From positions 3,502 to 67,501 of the forward strand of contig JBFESZ010000002.1 in NCBI GenBank assembly GCA_041548245.1: a stretch of DNA of 64,000 bases, in the 5' to 3' direction. The translations under genes were made by a program, and so were the position numbers. Below the pieces are notes generated by a model. It searched no databases. It was given only the letters and a program-made list of their open reading frames with translations, and was not told the origin of the DNA. Shown piece after piece: positions 16,358 to 24,936 of this stretch. How positions within the stretch are numbered: position 1 is the stretch's first letter; each line of letters starts with the position of its first letter. The stretch comes from Sulfurimonadaceae bacterium. Its GTDB lineage: Bacteria > Campylobacterota > Campylobacteria > Campylobacterales > Sulfurimonadaceae.

Positions 16358-18156
16358 TGTGCGCTATTTTTGGGATAATAGGCGAATATGATGGCTCCCT
16401 GGCCCGCAAGGCTCTTTTGCTACTTTCTCACAGGGGACCGGATTACTGTGGTATCGTCGAAGAGAAAGACCTCTTTATTGCGCATAACAGACTCAGTATT
16501 GTGGATCTAAGTACAGAAGCTTCTCAGCCTATGCGCAGGGGTGAGACGATACTCAGTTTCAACGGAGAAATATACAATTTCAAAGAACTCAAGAAACAGC
16601 TGAATATTCCATTTAAGACGCAAAGTGATACAGAGGTCATTTTGGCAGCGTATCAACAGTGGGGAATATCTTTTGTCGATCATCTTGAAGGGATGTTCGC
16701 CATCGCCTTATATGACAAAGGAAAACTGTATCTCTTTCGTGACCGTTTAGGGAAAAAACCTCTGTATTACATGCATACTCCGAATCAGTTCATTTTTGCT
16801 TCAGAGATAAAAGGGATTATCCCCTTCTTAAAGAAGAAACATATGAACCAAGATGCACTGCATGCTTATTTGAGTTATCTGGCTCCAACGCCTCCACAGA
16901 CATTCTATGAGAGTATTAAGAAGTTGGAATCTGGTCACTTTGCTTTGTATGAGGGTGGAAAGTTACAAGTCAAGGCCTATTATGATGTATTGCCATGTGA
17001 GATTACTATTGACACGGAAGAAGAGGCTTTAGCGACAATTGAGTCTATATTGAAAGAGAGTATTCAAAAGCGTCTGATGGGAGATGTCGAAGTCGCGTCT
17101 TTACTTTCAGGGGGCGTAGATTCCTCTTTGATAGCGGCGATGACATCTTTAATGGGAACGAAACTAAAAACTTTTTCTTTGGGATATGAAGGGTATAAAC
17201 AGTATGACGAGCGCAGATATGCAAAAGAGGTCGCAGAGCATATTGGTGTTGAGAATATTGACATTGAACTCTCCAAAGAAGACTTTTTTGAGAATATTGA
17301 TGCCGTTACCTATGCCTTGGATGAGCCGATAAACGATCCGGCTGCCATTCCGCTGTATATGCTTTTTAAAAGAATTAAAGCAGAAGGAATTAAGGTTGTA
17401 CTCAGTGGTGAAGGAGCCGATGAGCTCTTTTTAGGATATCGACAATATTTTGAATACTTGGATATAGAAAAAGCAGCAGAGCTGCATCACAAGAACTGGC
17501 TCAAAAAGTATTTTCGTTCAAACTTTTCTATGAACAGAGAGTGGGAGTGGTATAAACGTGTCTTTGAGTCACAGGTTCTGTTTAGAACAAGTGGTGAGAA
17601 GTTTACGGATATGCAAAAAAATATACTCATGCGTCAAAATGTCAAAGACGGTTTCTCTATGAAGTATCTGCAAAAGTACCGCGAAAGATATGAAGCCTAT
17701 GGAAATTCGGATGAGAGCCAATGGTACTCCTATGTTGATCTCAAGCAGTTTCAGGCTGAGCATTTTCTAAGTAAGCTTGATCGTGTTTCTATGGCGCATG
17801 GGATTGAAGGAAGAACACCATTTTTAGATCATAAACTGGTTGAAAAAGTATTTTCTATTGAACCAAGCCTGCGCTATCGTTCCGGTGTCACAAAAGGGCT
17901 GTTAAAAAAGGTGGCCAGTTCCTATTTGCCTGAGAGTATCATCAATAGAAAGAAAAAAGGATTTTCGTCTCCTTATCTGGAATGGCTTATTGAGGCAGAT
18001 GAGCTAGAGCGCATTTTAAAAGTTAATGAGCAGACAGGTCTCTTTCATGAAGAGGTCTTACAAGAGTATATAAATAGAGGAAAACAGGGGCGTTTTAAAC
18101 AGCATTTATGGGGACTGTACCTTTTTTCAAGGTGGTATGAGAAAGAGTTCTTATAA
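16357..18156 (+). CDS. asnB: Asparagine synthase (glutamine-hydrolysing) family protein
   Basis: Ntn amidotransferase start MCAIFG, and PP-loop SLLSGGVDSS in the synthetase domain. 599 aa. Confidence 0.88.
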   Translation: MCAIFGIIGEYDGSLARKALLLLSHRGPDYCGIVEEKDLFIAHNRLSIVDLSTEASQPMRRGETILSFNGEIYNFKELKKQLNIPFKTQSDTEVILAAYQQWGISFVDHLEGMFAIALYDKGKLYLFRDRLGKKPLYYMHTPNQFIFASEIKGIIPFLKKKHMNQDALHAYLSYLAPTPPQTFYESIKKLESGHFALYEGGKLQVKAYYDVLPCEITIDTEEEALATIESILKESIQKRLMGDVEVASLLSGGVDSSLIAAMTSLMGTKLKTFSLGYEGYKQYDERRYAKEVAEHIGVENIDIELSKEDFFENIDAVTYALDEPINDPAAIPLYMLFKRIKAEGIKVVLSGEGADELFLGYRQYFEYLDIEKAAELHHKNWLKKYFRSNFSMNREWEWYKRVFESQVLFRTSGEKFTDMQKNILMRQNVKDGFSMKYLQKYRERYEAYGNSDESQWYSYVDLKQFQAEHFLSKLDRVSMAHGIEGRTPFLDHKLVEKVFSIEPSLRYRSGVTKGLLKKVASSYLPESIINRKKKGFSSPYLEWLIEADELERILKVNEQTGLFHEEVLQEYINRGKQGRFKQHLWGLYLFSRWYEKEFL

Positions 18157-18167
18157 AAAGAGCCGTG

Positions 18168-18668
18168 TTATTCATCTTTTATCAGAAATGACAGCTCCAA
18201 AGTCCCGGAGATATAGTTGGCGAAGAAAGTGAGGACCTTTAGATCCTCGTCGCTAAAGTCTCCCTCTTCTTTGTTAAGTAGTTGTAAAAGTCCGATGACG
18301 GTTCGTTGTGAGTCAAAGATAGGCACCGTGATCATATTGACAGTCTCAAACCCGCTTTTCTTATCGATCCCGGCTAGAAAACGCTTGTCTTTGTAAGGTT
18401 CGTTTACGATCTGGGCCTCGCCTTTTGTGTAGGTGTCTCCGGCGATTCCCGAAGTTGTACTTATCGCTATTTTACCGATACCGTCGGCAAGTTTTGTCCA
18501 GAGCATATCGGCTTCTTTATCATACATGAAGATAGAACAACGTTTTGCATGGATGAGGTCTTTTGCCTGATCGGCTATGAGTATGAGTGCGTTGTCTAAT
18601 GAGGTATCCTGAAGCAGCTGTTTTCCGAATTCTGCTATTTTTTTATAAGAGTCTGCTTTTGCTGCCAT
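18168..18668 (-). CDS. Stand-alone GAF domain protein (paralogue 1)
   Basis: 166 aa, a single GAF-like domain. Clear paralogue of 21053-21559, with shared blocks KIAEFG, RCS(I/V)F(M/I)Y, LWT.LADG(I/V)G.I, GIAG, P(I/L).D, IG(L/V)LQLLNK..G.F..ED...LTFF..YISG..EL. Confidence 0.8.
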   Translation of the reverse strand: MAAKADSYKKIAEFGKQLLQDTSLDNALILIADQAKDLIHAKRCSIFMYDKEADMLWTKLADGIGKIAISTTSGIAGDTYTKGEAQIVNEPYKDKRFLAGIDKKSGFETVNMITVPIFDSQRTVIGLLQLLNKEEGDFSDEDLKVLTFFANYISGTLELSFLIKDE

Positions 18669-18757
18669 GCTTTTCCTTGATAATATATATGCTTATTAAA
18701 GTCATTGATTATATCGTAAAACGGTTACTTCTTTCTAGCCTTTGATACTCTTCAGTT

Positions 18758-19165
18758 TCATATTTCTTGAGAAAAACGCATTAGCACAGCCACAATGTCA
18801 TTCATTGAAAGCAGTCCTAAGAGTTCTCCATCGCTCGTGACAAGAAGACGGTTGACACCATGATGGGTCATCATCTGTGCAGCGTATTTAATATTAAGAT
18901 TAGCGGAGACTTGAATGATCGGTTTGGTGGCAATGTCGTAGACATTCAAAAGATCCATATCACCGTCTTGTGAAAATATGGCATTTAAAATATTGGTATA
19001 GGTAACAATGCCAAAAGCATCATGCGGGTTGTCCTTTTCGACAATAATAGATTTGACTTTTTTTTCCTGCATAATCTGAAGGCAGTTTCGGACACTTTCA
19101 ATCGAAGGGATGGTAATGATCTCTTCTCTTGGAATCATTATCTCTTGTACAGTGACGAGTTTCAT
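18758..19165 (-). CDS. CBS-pair domain protein (no other domain)
   Basis: 135 aa containing two CBS motifs (…VKSIIVEK…GIVTYTNIL and …VNRLLVTS.GELLGLLSMNDIV). AAGGAG SD lies 7 nt upstream. Confidence 0.85.
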   Translation of the reverse strand: MKLVTVQEIMIPREEIITIPSIESVRNCLQIMQEKKVKSIIVEKDNPHDAFGIVTYTNILNAIFSQDGDMDLLNVYDIATKPIIQVSANLNIKYAAQMMTHHGVNRLLVTSDGELLGLLSMNDIVAVLMRFSQEI

Positions 19166-19186
19166 AGCTACTCCTTTGTAGTTTCT

Positions 19187-19531
19187 TTAGAATGACTTCA
19201 TATTTTCCTGAAATTTACGCAATTGTTTGGCTGGAATACCTGAAAGATGTTCGATTGGCAGGGAAAAGACAAGACCATTACCGGACTGGTCAAGTTCCAG
19301 CTCTTGTGTAATGGCTTTGATGACCCTCAGGGCACTGCGCTTTTCCATGACAAATATCAGTACTGAATCAGCACGTTCATAAGTCAGACCAAAAAATGTT
19401 GTCTTGTCTCCTAGCCCTAAACCTCGACCTTTTAAAATAGTTACTCCACCGGCACCATTGGCTTTGGCAATATCAATTGCAGTATCTTCGTGTTCTTCAT
19501 CGACGATAGCGACGACAGTTGAAAACTTCAT
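19187..19531 (-). CDS. PII-like signal transduction protein (non-canonical T-loop)
   Basis: 114 aa with a beta-alpha-beta layout like GlnB: [10 protein letters not shown]..., [15 protein letters not shown]-terminal [12 protein letters not shown] (compare GDGKIFV..VE). It lacks the YRGAEY T-loop. Its ATG overlaps the TGA of the upstream membrane protein gene. Confidence 0.72.
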   Translation of the reverse strand: MKFSTVVAIVDEEHEDTAIDIAKANGAGGVTILKGRGLGLGDKTTFFGLTYERADSVLIFVMEKRSALRVIKAITQELELDQSGNGLVFSLPIEHLSGIPAKQLRKFQENMKSF

Positions 19532-21048
19532 TGTTCATCTCCTTGTTCAGATTGTAATTTTTCTTTGTCAAGTTTTGCCAGATATTGGGTAATAACACCG
19601 TATCCCATGACAGTGATCATGGGAAAGAGCGAGGCAAAGGCGATAAGACCAAAGCCATCAATCAAAGGGCTTCGTCCTTCTATCTGAGTAGCCAGACCAA
19701 GTCCCAAAGCAGCGACCAGTGGTACGGTAACGGTTGAAGTCGTCACCCCGCCAGAGTCATAGGCAATGGGAATGATGTATTTCGGGGCCATAAATGTAAG
19801 GATAATAACGATGATATAACCTATGATGATGTAATAGTGTATAGGGTCTCCTTCCACTATTCTGTAGGCCCCCAAAGCAATACCGATGGCAACACCAAAG
19901 GCTACAGATATGCGTAGTACCATCTGGCGAATACGCTTTTGTGATATCTCTTCGACTTTCATTGCAATGGCTAAAAGTGCAGGTTCAGCCATTGTCGTTG
20001 AAAATCCGATGAGAAATCCAAAGAGATAAATATAAAAGAGATTCTCTTGGGATGTTAATTGCAAGGCCATCGTCTCTCCAATCGGAAAGAGTCCCATCTC
20101 AAGGCCAATGATAAAAGCATAAAGACCTATAATAACATAGAGGATTCCTGTGGAAATTTTTATCAGATTCTTCAACTCTTTTCGGATAATCATATATTGA
20201 AATAAGAAGATGACTACCAGAATAGGAATAACATCTTTAACAACATTGACAAATTCATAAAAAAGCTTTAATACCGAGAACTTTTCAACATTGACTTCAG
20301 CGGTTGATATTACTTCATGAGTGAGCAGAGCCGTTTCAAGATCAAGGTTGTAGACGACAACTCCATAGCCTTGAACAAAGATCATCGGTGTCAGTGAGGC
20401 AAAGGCAATAAGGCCAAAGCCATCTACGACAGGGTTACGACCACGTATGCTCGAAGCAAGACCGACACCTAGCGCCGCTACAAGAGGGACTGTTACCGTT
20501 GAAGTCGTTACTCCGCCAGAGTCATAGGCAAGGCCTACAATCTCTGCCGGAACGAAAAAAGTAAAGAGAACAACAAGGATATAGCCAGTGATAATATACA
20601 TATGAATAGGATGGCCGGTAATAATTCGCCAAGAGCCCAATGCTATGGCAAACCCTACGGAAAAGGCGACCGTAAGACGCAAGGCATCTGCATTGATACG
20701 CCCAAGAGATATCAATTGCGCTTTTTTGGCAATGGCGATGAGAGCGGGTTCGGCTACTGTGGTTGAAAACCCGATAGCAAAGGCAAAGATCAATAGCCAG
20801 ATCACAGAACCCTTTGCGGCAAACTCATGTGCCAGGTTCTCACCGATAGGAAAGATTCCGATCTCAAGCCCCTGAATAAAAATGGTCAGCCCGATCGCTA
20901 CAATGAGAAGTCCCAAAAGGATAGAGCTGAGGTCTTTGGGAACTTGTTGCAAGATAAAGATCTGAAAAAAAGCAATCACCAATACAATGGGCAAGAGGTC
21001 TTTAAACGAGTCACTTAAAAGTCTGGCAACAAGTCTGAGACTTTTCAT
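19528..21048 (-). CDS. Polytopic membrane protein, tandem internal duplication of a DUF1538-like unit
   Basis: 506 aa and highly hydrophobic. Two homologous halves each carry GFSTT(V/M)AEPAL(I/L)AIA and [20 protein letters not shown](V/L)GLA...[19 protein letters not shown]. The DUF1538 assignment is from memory of the YDSGGVT-type signature. Confidence 0.7.
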   Translation of the reverse strand: MKSLRLVARLLSDSFKDLLPIVLVIAFFQIFILQQVPKDLSSILLGLLIVAIGLTIFIQGLEIGIFPIGENLAHEFAAKGSVIWLLIFAFAIGFSTTVAEPALIAIAKKAQLISLGRINADALRLTVAFSVGFAIALGSWRIITGHPIHMYIITGYILVVLFTFFVPAEIVGLAYDSGGVTTSTVTVPLVAALGVGLASSIRGRNPVVDGFGLIAFASLTPMIFVQGYGVVVYNLDLETALLTHEVISTAEVNVEKFSVLKLFYEFVNVVKDVIPILVVIFLFQYMIIRKELKNLIKISTGILYVIIGLYAFIIGLEMGLFPIGETMALQLTSQENLFYIYLFGFLIGFSTTMAEPALLAIAMKVEEISQKRIRQMVLRISVAFGVAIGIALGAYRIVEGDPIHYYIIIGYIIVIILTFMAPKYIIPIAYDSGGVTTSTVTVPLVAALGLGLATQIEGRSPLIDGFGLIAFASLFPMITVMGYGVITQYLAKLDKEKLQSEQGDEQ

Positions 21049-21052
21049 CGGA

Positions 21053-21559
21053 TTATGCTTTTTCCTCGTTAAAGTAGTTTGCGAGCTCTACATATCCACT
21101 GATATAGTGATTGAAAAATGTCAGTAAGCGTTTGTCTTCTTCATTGAACTCGCCATCTGTTTTATTTAACAGCTGTAGGACACCGATAGGCTTATCAAAG
21201 GCATCAAGTATCGGAGTAGCAATGATGTTTTGTGTGATATAACCGGTCCCATGGTCTATTTTTGATGAGAAACGATTATCAGAGTAGGGGTTGTTGACAA
21301 TCAACGTCCTTTTCTCTTGAAAAGCAGCCCCTGCGATACCTTCATCTGCAGCAATGTGAATCTCGCCAACACCATCAGCAAGTACGGTCCATAAACAATC
21401 TTTTTTTCTGTTGTAGATAAAGACGGAACAGCGATCCGCTTCCAATAGCTCTTTGGCATACGATGAGATGAGAGGAATAGCCAGTTCCAAAGATGGACGC
21501 GCTAACAGTTTTCTTCCAAACTCGGCAATTTTGGTAAATGATTTGATATTTTTGTACAT
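21053..21559 (-). CDS. Stand-alone GAF domain protein (paralogue 2)
   Basis: 168 aa. Paralogue of 18168-18668 (see that entry). Its stop is 4 nt upstream of the membrane protein start. Confidence 0.8.
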   Translation of the reverse strand: MYKNIKSFTKIAEFGRKLLARPSLELAIPLISSYAKELLEADRCSVFIYNRKKDCLWTVLADGVGEIHIAADEGIAGAAFQEKRTLIVNNPYSDNRFSSKIDHGTGYITQNIIATPILDAFDKPIGVLQLLNKTDGEFNEEDKRLLTFFNHYISGYVELANYFNEEKA

Positions 21560-21673
21560 ATTTAATCTTACACTATATAACTAAAAATAATGTTATAAGC
21601 TGTGAATTTTATGAAATTCTTTTTTGAGGTTATAATATGCCAATAATTTTACAAAATATAGCATGGAGAGAAT

Positions 21674-22021
21674 ATGAGCTCGTATACAATTTGGCATAAC
21701 CCACGTTGTTCAAAATCACGTCAGACACTGGGGATATTAGAAGAAAAAGGTGCACAGACCGATGTCGTGAAGTATTTAGAAGATACTCCGTCGGTAGAAG
21801 AGATCAAAGAGGTCTTGAAAAAGTTGAATATTTCAGCACGTGAGCTGATGCGGACAAAAGAGGATGAGTATAAAGCACTTGGACTTAAGGATGAGATGGA
21901 TGAACAGAAGCTTATTGAAGCCATGGCATCGCATCCAAAACTTATTGAACGTCCTGTCGTGATCAGGGGGGACAAGGCGGTTCTTGGAAGACCGCCTGAA
22001 AAGGTTCTTGAACTCTTATAA
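21674..22021 (+). CDS. ArsC-family (glutaredoxin-type arsenate reductase / YfgD-like) protein
   Basis: IWHNPRCSKSRQTL N-terminal catalytic-Cys motif, and C-terminal LIERPVV. 115 aa. TATAAT at 21631-21636 is a plausible -10. Confidence 0.8.
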   Translation: MSSYTIWHNPRCSKSRQTLGILEEKGAQTDVVKYLEDTPSVEEIKEVLKKLNISARELMRTKEDEYKALGLKDEMDEQKLIEAMASHPKLIERPVVIRGDKAVLGRPPEKVLELL

Positions 22022-22023
22022 GG

Positions 22024-22422
22024 CTATTTTTTCAGGAACTCTTTGGAACTGATCCAATAGAAGAGGGCAATCGTAATGAGATAGAAGCTTCCCCAGACCA
22101 GATTGGAAAGCCATGAGTATGACAGCAAGGAGATATAAAAGAGCATACTTATAGCACTGAAGCCAAGATTACTGTAGGTAAAAAGAGCTTTTTTGTCTTC
22201 TACATCAAACTCTTTGACAACATATCCGACAGAGAGTTTTATGCCAAAATAGTAGAATAATAAAAGCCAAGCAAAACTTGCTATGGTCAAGGCAACAGGG
22301 TGAAGTTCGCTAAAAAGGGTTCGAAGCAGCCTATCGGTCACACTGAAGATAATAGGGAAAAGCACACCGGCAAAGATGACCAAAAGAATAGTCAATGCAA
22401 GGGTGGATATCCTGTATCTCAT
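22024..22422 (-). CDS. Hypothetical integral membrane protein
   Basis: 132 aa with about four hydrophobic helices. No family recognised. Confidence 0.5.
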   Translation of the reverse strand: MRYRISTLALTILLVIFAGVLFPIIFSVTDRLLRTLFSELHPVALTIASFAWLLLFYYFGIKLSVGYVVKEFDVEDKKALFTYSNLGFSAISMLFYISLLSYSWLSNLVWGSFYLITIALFYWISSKEFLKK

Positions 22423-22427
22423 CGGAT

Positions 22428-22994
22428 TTAGTGCTTGTCGAGAATACGAGGCAGCGTAATACCCTCTTGTCCTTGGTATTTTCCGCTTTTATCACGGTAT
22501 GAGGTCTCACACACTTCATCGCCTTGAAGGAAAAGAACTTGTGCAATACCTTCATTCGCATAGATTTTTGCCGGTAGAGGTGTCGTATTGGAAATCTCAA
22601 TAGTGATATGACCTTCAAATTCTGGTTCAAATGGTGTCACATTGACAATGATTCCACAGCGGGCATAGGTTGATTTTCCAAGACAGATGGCCAAAACGTC
22701 ACGCGGGATTTTGAAGTATTCGACCGTTCTGGCCAAGGCAAATGAGTTTGGGGGAACAATACAGACATCACCGGTATAGTCAACGACATTGGCATCATCA
22801 AAATGTTTAGGATCGACAACAGTGGAGTTCAGATTGGTAAAGATTTTAAATTCATTACTGACACGGATATCATAGCCGTATGAGCTTAGACCGTAACTGA
22901 CAACCCCTTTGCCTACCTGATCTTCACAAAAAGGTGAAATCATTCCGTTTTTGATTGCCTCTTCACGTATCCAAGTATCCGCTTTTAAACCCAT
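22428..22994 (-). CDS. dcd: dCTP deaminase
   Basis: 188 aa with SYGYD, the GKST(Y)AR segment, and ITIEISN/PLP typical of Dcd. Confidence 0.9.
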   Translation of the reverse strand: MGLKADTWIREEAIKNGMISPFCEDQVGKGVVSYGLSSYGYDIRVSNEFKIFTNLNSTVVDPKHFDDANVVDYTGDVCIVPPNSFALARTVEYFKIPRDVLAICLGKSTYARCGIIVNVTPFEPEFEGHITIEISNTTPLPAKIYANEGIAQVLFLQGDEVCETSYRDKSGKYQGQEGITLPRILDKH

Positions 22995-23093
22995 TTATAA
23001 ACCCTTTTTTAATAGTATTACTTAATCTTAATTTTAATTTCGATATTATATCACACTATTTTTTACATAATTTGCTTTAGGAGACATAATCCA

Positions 23094-23543
23094 ATGGATA
23101 TGAAACAGATAAAATCACTAATGAAAGAGTTCGATGACAGCACTCTTAGTTCACTTAAAATCAACAAAGAGGGTTTTTCTATTGAGCTTGAAAAAGCAAC
23201 GATCGCAACAGCAGTGACAGCAGCACCAGTTGCAGTGGCGGCACCTGCTCCAGCAGCAGCTGCACCTGTTTCAACGACAGCTCCGGCAGTAGAAGAGATT
23301 GCGGGCGATAAGATCCTTTCTCCTATGGTAGGAACATTTTATGCCTCTCCATCTCCAGACTCTCCTGCTTTTGTGAAAGAGGGTGATGTTATTAAAAAAG
23401 GACAGCCATTGGCAATCCTTGAAGCAATGAAGATCATGAATGAACTTGAAGCAGAGTTTGATTGTAAAATCCTTAAAATTCTAGTTGAAGATGGCAAGCC
23501 GGTTGAGTATGATATGCCATTATTCATAGTAGAGAAAATGTAA
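23094..23543 (+). CDS. accB: Acetyl-CoA carboxylase biotin carboxyl carrier protein
   Basis: Ala/Pro-rich linker and biotinylation motif EAMKIMNE. 149 aa. AGGAG lies 10 nt upstream. Confidence 0.93.
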   Translation: MDMKQIKSLMKEFDDSTLSSLKINKEGFSIELEKATIATAVTAAPVAVAAPAPAAAAPVSTTAPAVEEIAGDKILSPMVGTFYASPSPDSPAFVKEGDVIKKGQPLAILEAMKIMNELEAEFDCKILKILVEDGKPVEYDMPLFIVEKM

Positions 23544-23544
23544 T

Positions 23545-24885
23545 ATGGCTGAGATCAAAAGAGTCTTAGTTGCCAACCGTGGTGAGATTGCTCTTCGTGC
23601 AATTCGTACGATCAAAGAGATGGGAAAAGAAGCGGTTGCAATTTATTCCAAAGCAGATAAAGGTGCTCACTATCTTGAACTTGCAGATGCAGCTATCTGT
23701 ATTGGTGATGGACCAAGTTCTGAGTCATACCTAAATATTCCTGCGGTTATTGCTGCAGCAGAAGTTACCCATTGTGATGCTATTTTTCCGGGGTATGGGT
23801 TTTTGTCCGAGAATCAGCATTTTGTAGAGATCTGTACGCACCACAAGATCAAGTTCATAGGTCCGACAGTTGAAGTTATGCAACTTATGTCTGACAAGTC
23901 AAAAGCAAAAGATGTCATGATAAAAGCTGATGTCCCTGTTGTTCCTGGTTCGGATGGTGCTATTACCGATATTGAAGATGCCAAAAAGCGTGCAAAAGCC
24001 GTAGGCTATCCAGTGATTTTAAAAGCTGCCCAAGGTGGTGGCGGACGCGGAATGCGTGTTGTCGAAGATGAGTCTTATCTAGAAAATGCGTTTTTGGCAG
24101 CAGAATCAGAAGCGATCACTGCCTTTGGTGACGGTACTATTTATATGGAGAAATTCATTAAAAACCCTCGCCACATTGAAGTCCAGATTATGGCAGACTC
24201 GCATGGCAATGTCCTTCATATCGGTGAACGTGATTGTTCTATGCAGAGACGTCATCAAAAGCTTATCGAAGAGTCTCCAGCGGTTGTATTGACTCAAGAG
24301 GTAAGAGAACGTCTATGGGCTGCAGCGGTTCGTGCGACACAATATATCAAGTATGAGGGTGCAGGAACTTTTGAGTTTTTGCTTGATTCCAACCTTGATT
24401 TTTATTTTATGGAAATGAACACCCGTCTTCAGGTAGAGCATACCGTTTCGGAAATGGTTTCTGGTGTGGACCTTATCGAGATGATGATCCGTGTAGCTGA
24501 AGGTGAAACACTTCCGTCTCAAGACTCTATCGAGCTAAAAGGCCATGCCATCGAGTGCCGTATTACAGCAGAAGATCCTGTTAAGTTCCTTCCATGTCCG
24601 GGTAAAATTGGTGATTGGATGACACCTGGTGGTAAAGATATACGTATTGATACGCATGTTCATGCCGGATATATCGTGCCTACAATTTATGATTCTATGA
24701 TTGGTAAACTTATTGTTTATGCTGAAAATCGTGAGAAAGCTATTGCCAAGATGCATCGTGCACTTTCAGAGTTTAAGATTACAGGTATTAAAACAACAGT
24801 CGCTTTTCATCAGAAGATGATGAAAAATGAAGATTTCATCTCTAACAACTTCGATACCAAGTATCTAGAACGTTATAATGGATAA
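23545..24885 (+). CDS. accC: Acetyl-CoA carboxylase biotin carboxylase subunit
   Basis: VANRGEIA, ATP-grasp GGGGRGMR, and EMNTRLQVEH. 446 aa. Starts 1 nt after accB. Confidence 0.95.
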   Translation: MAEIKRVLVANRGEIALRAIRTIKEMGKEAVAIYSKADKGAHYLELADAAICIGDGPSSESYLNIPAVIAAAEVTHCDAIFPGYGFLSENQHFVEICTHHKIKFIGPTVEVMQLMSDKSKAKDVMIKADVPVVPGSDGAITDIEDAKKRAKAVGYPVILKAAQGGGGRGMRVVEDESYLENAFLAAESEAITAFGDGTIYMEKFIKNPRHIEVQIMADSHGNVLHIGERDCSMQRRHQKLIEESPAVVLTQEVRERLWAAAVRATQYIKYEGAGTFEFLLDSNLDFYFMEMNTRLQVEHTVSEMVSGVDLIEMMIRVAEGETLPSQDSIELKGHAIECRITAEDPVKFLPCPGKIGDWMTPGGKDIRIDTHVHAGYIVPTIYDSMIGKLIVYAENREKAIAKMHRALSEFKITGIKTTVAFHQKMMKNEDFISNNFDTKYLERYNG

Positions 24886-24936
24886 AGAGTACGACGCATC
24901 GTACTCTTTACCACTCTTCTATTTATTTCATAGCTC

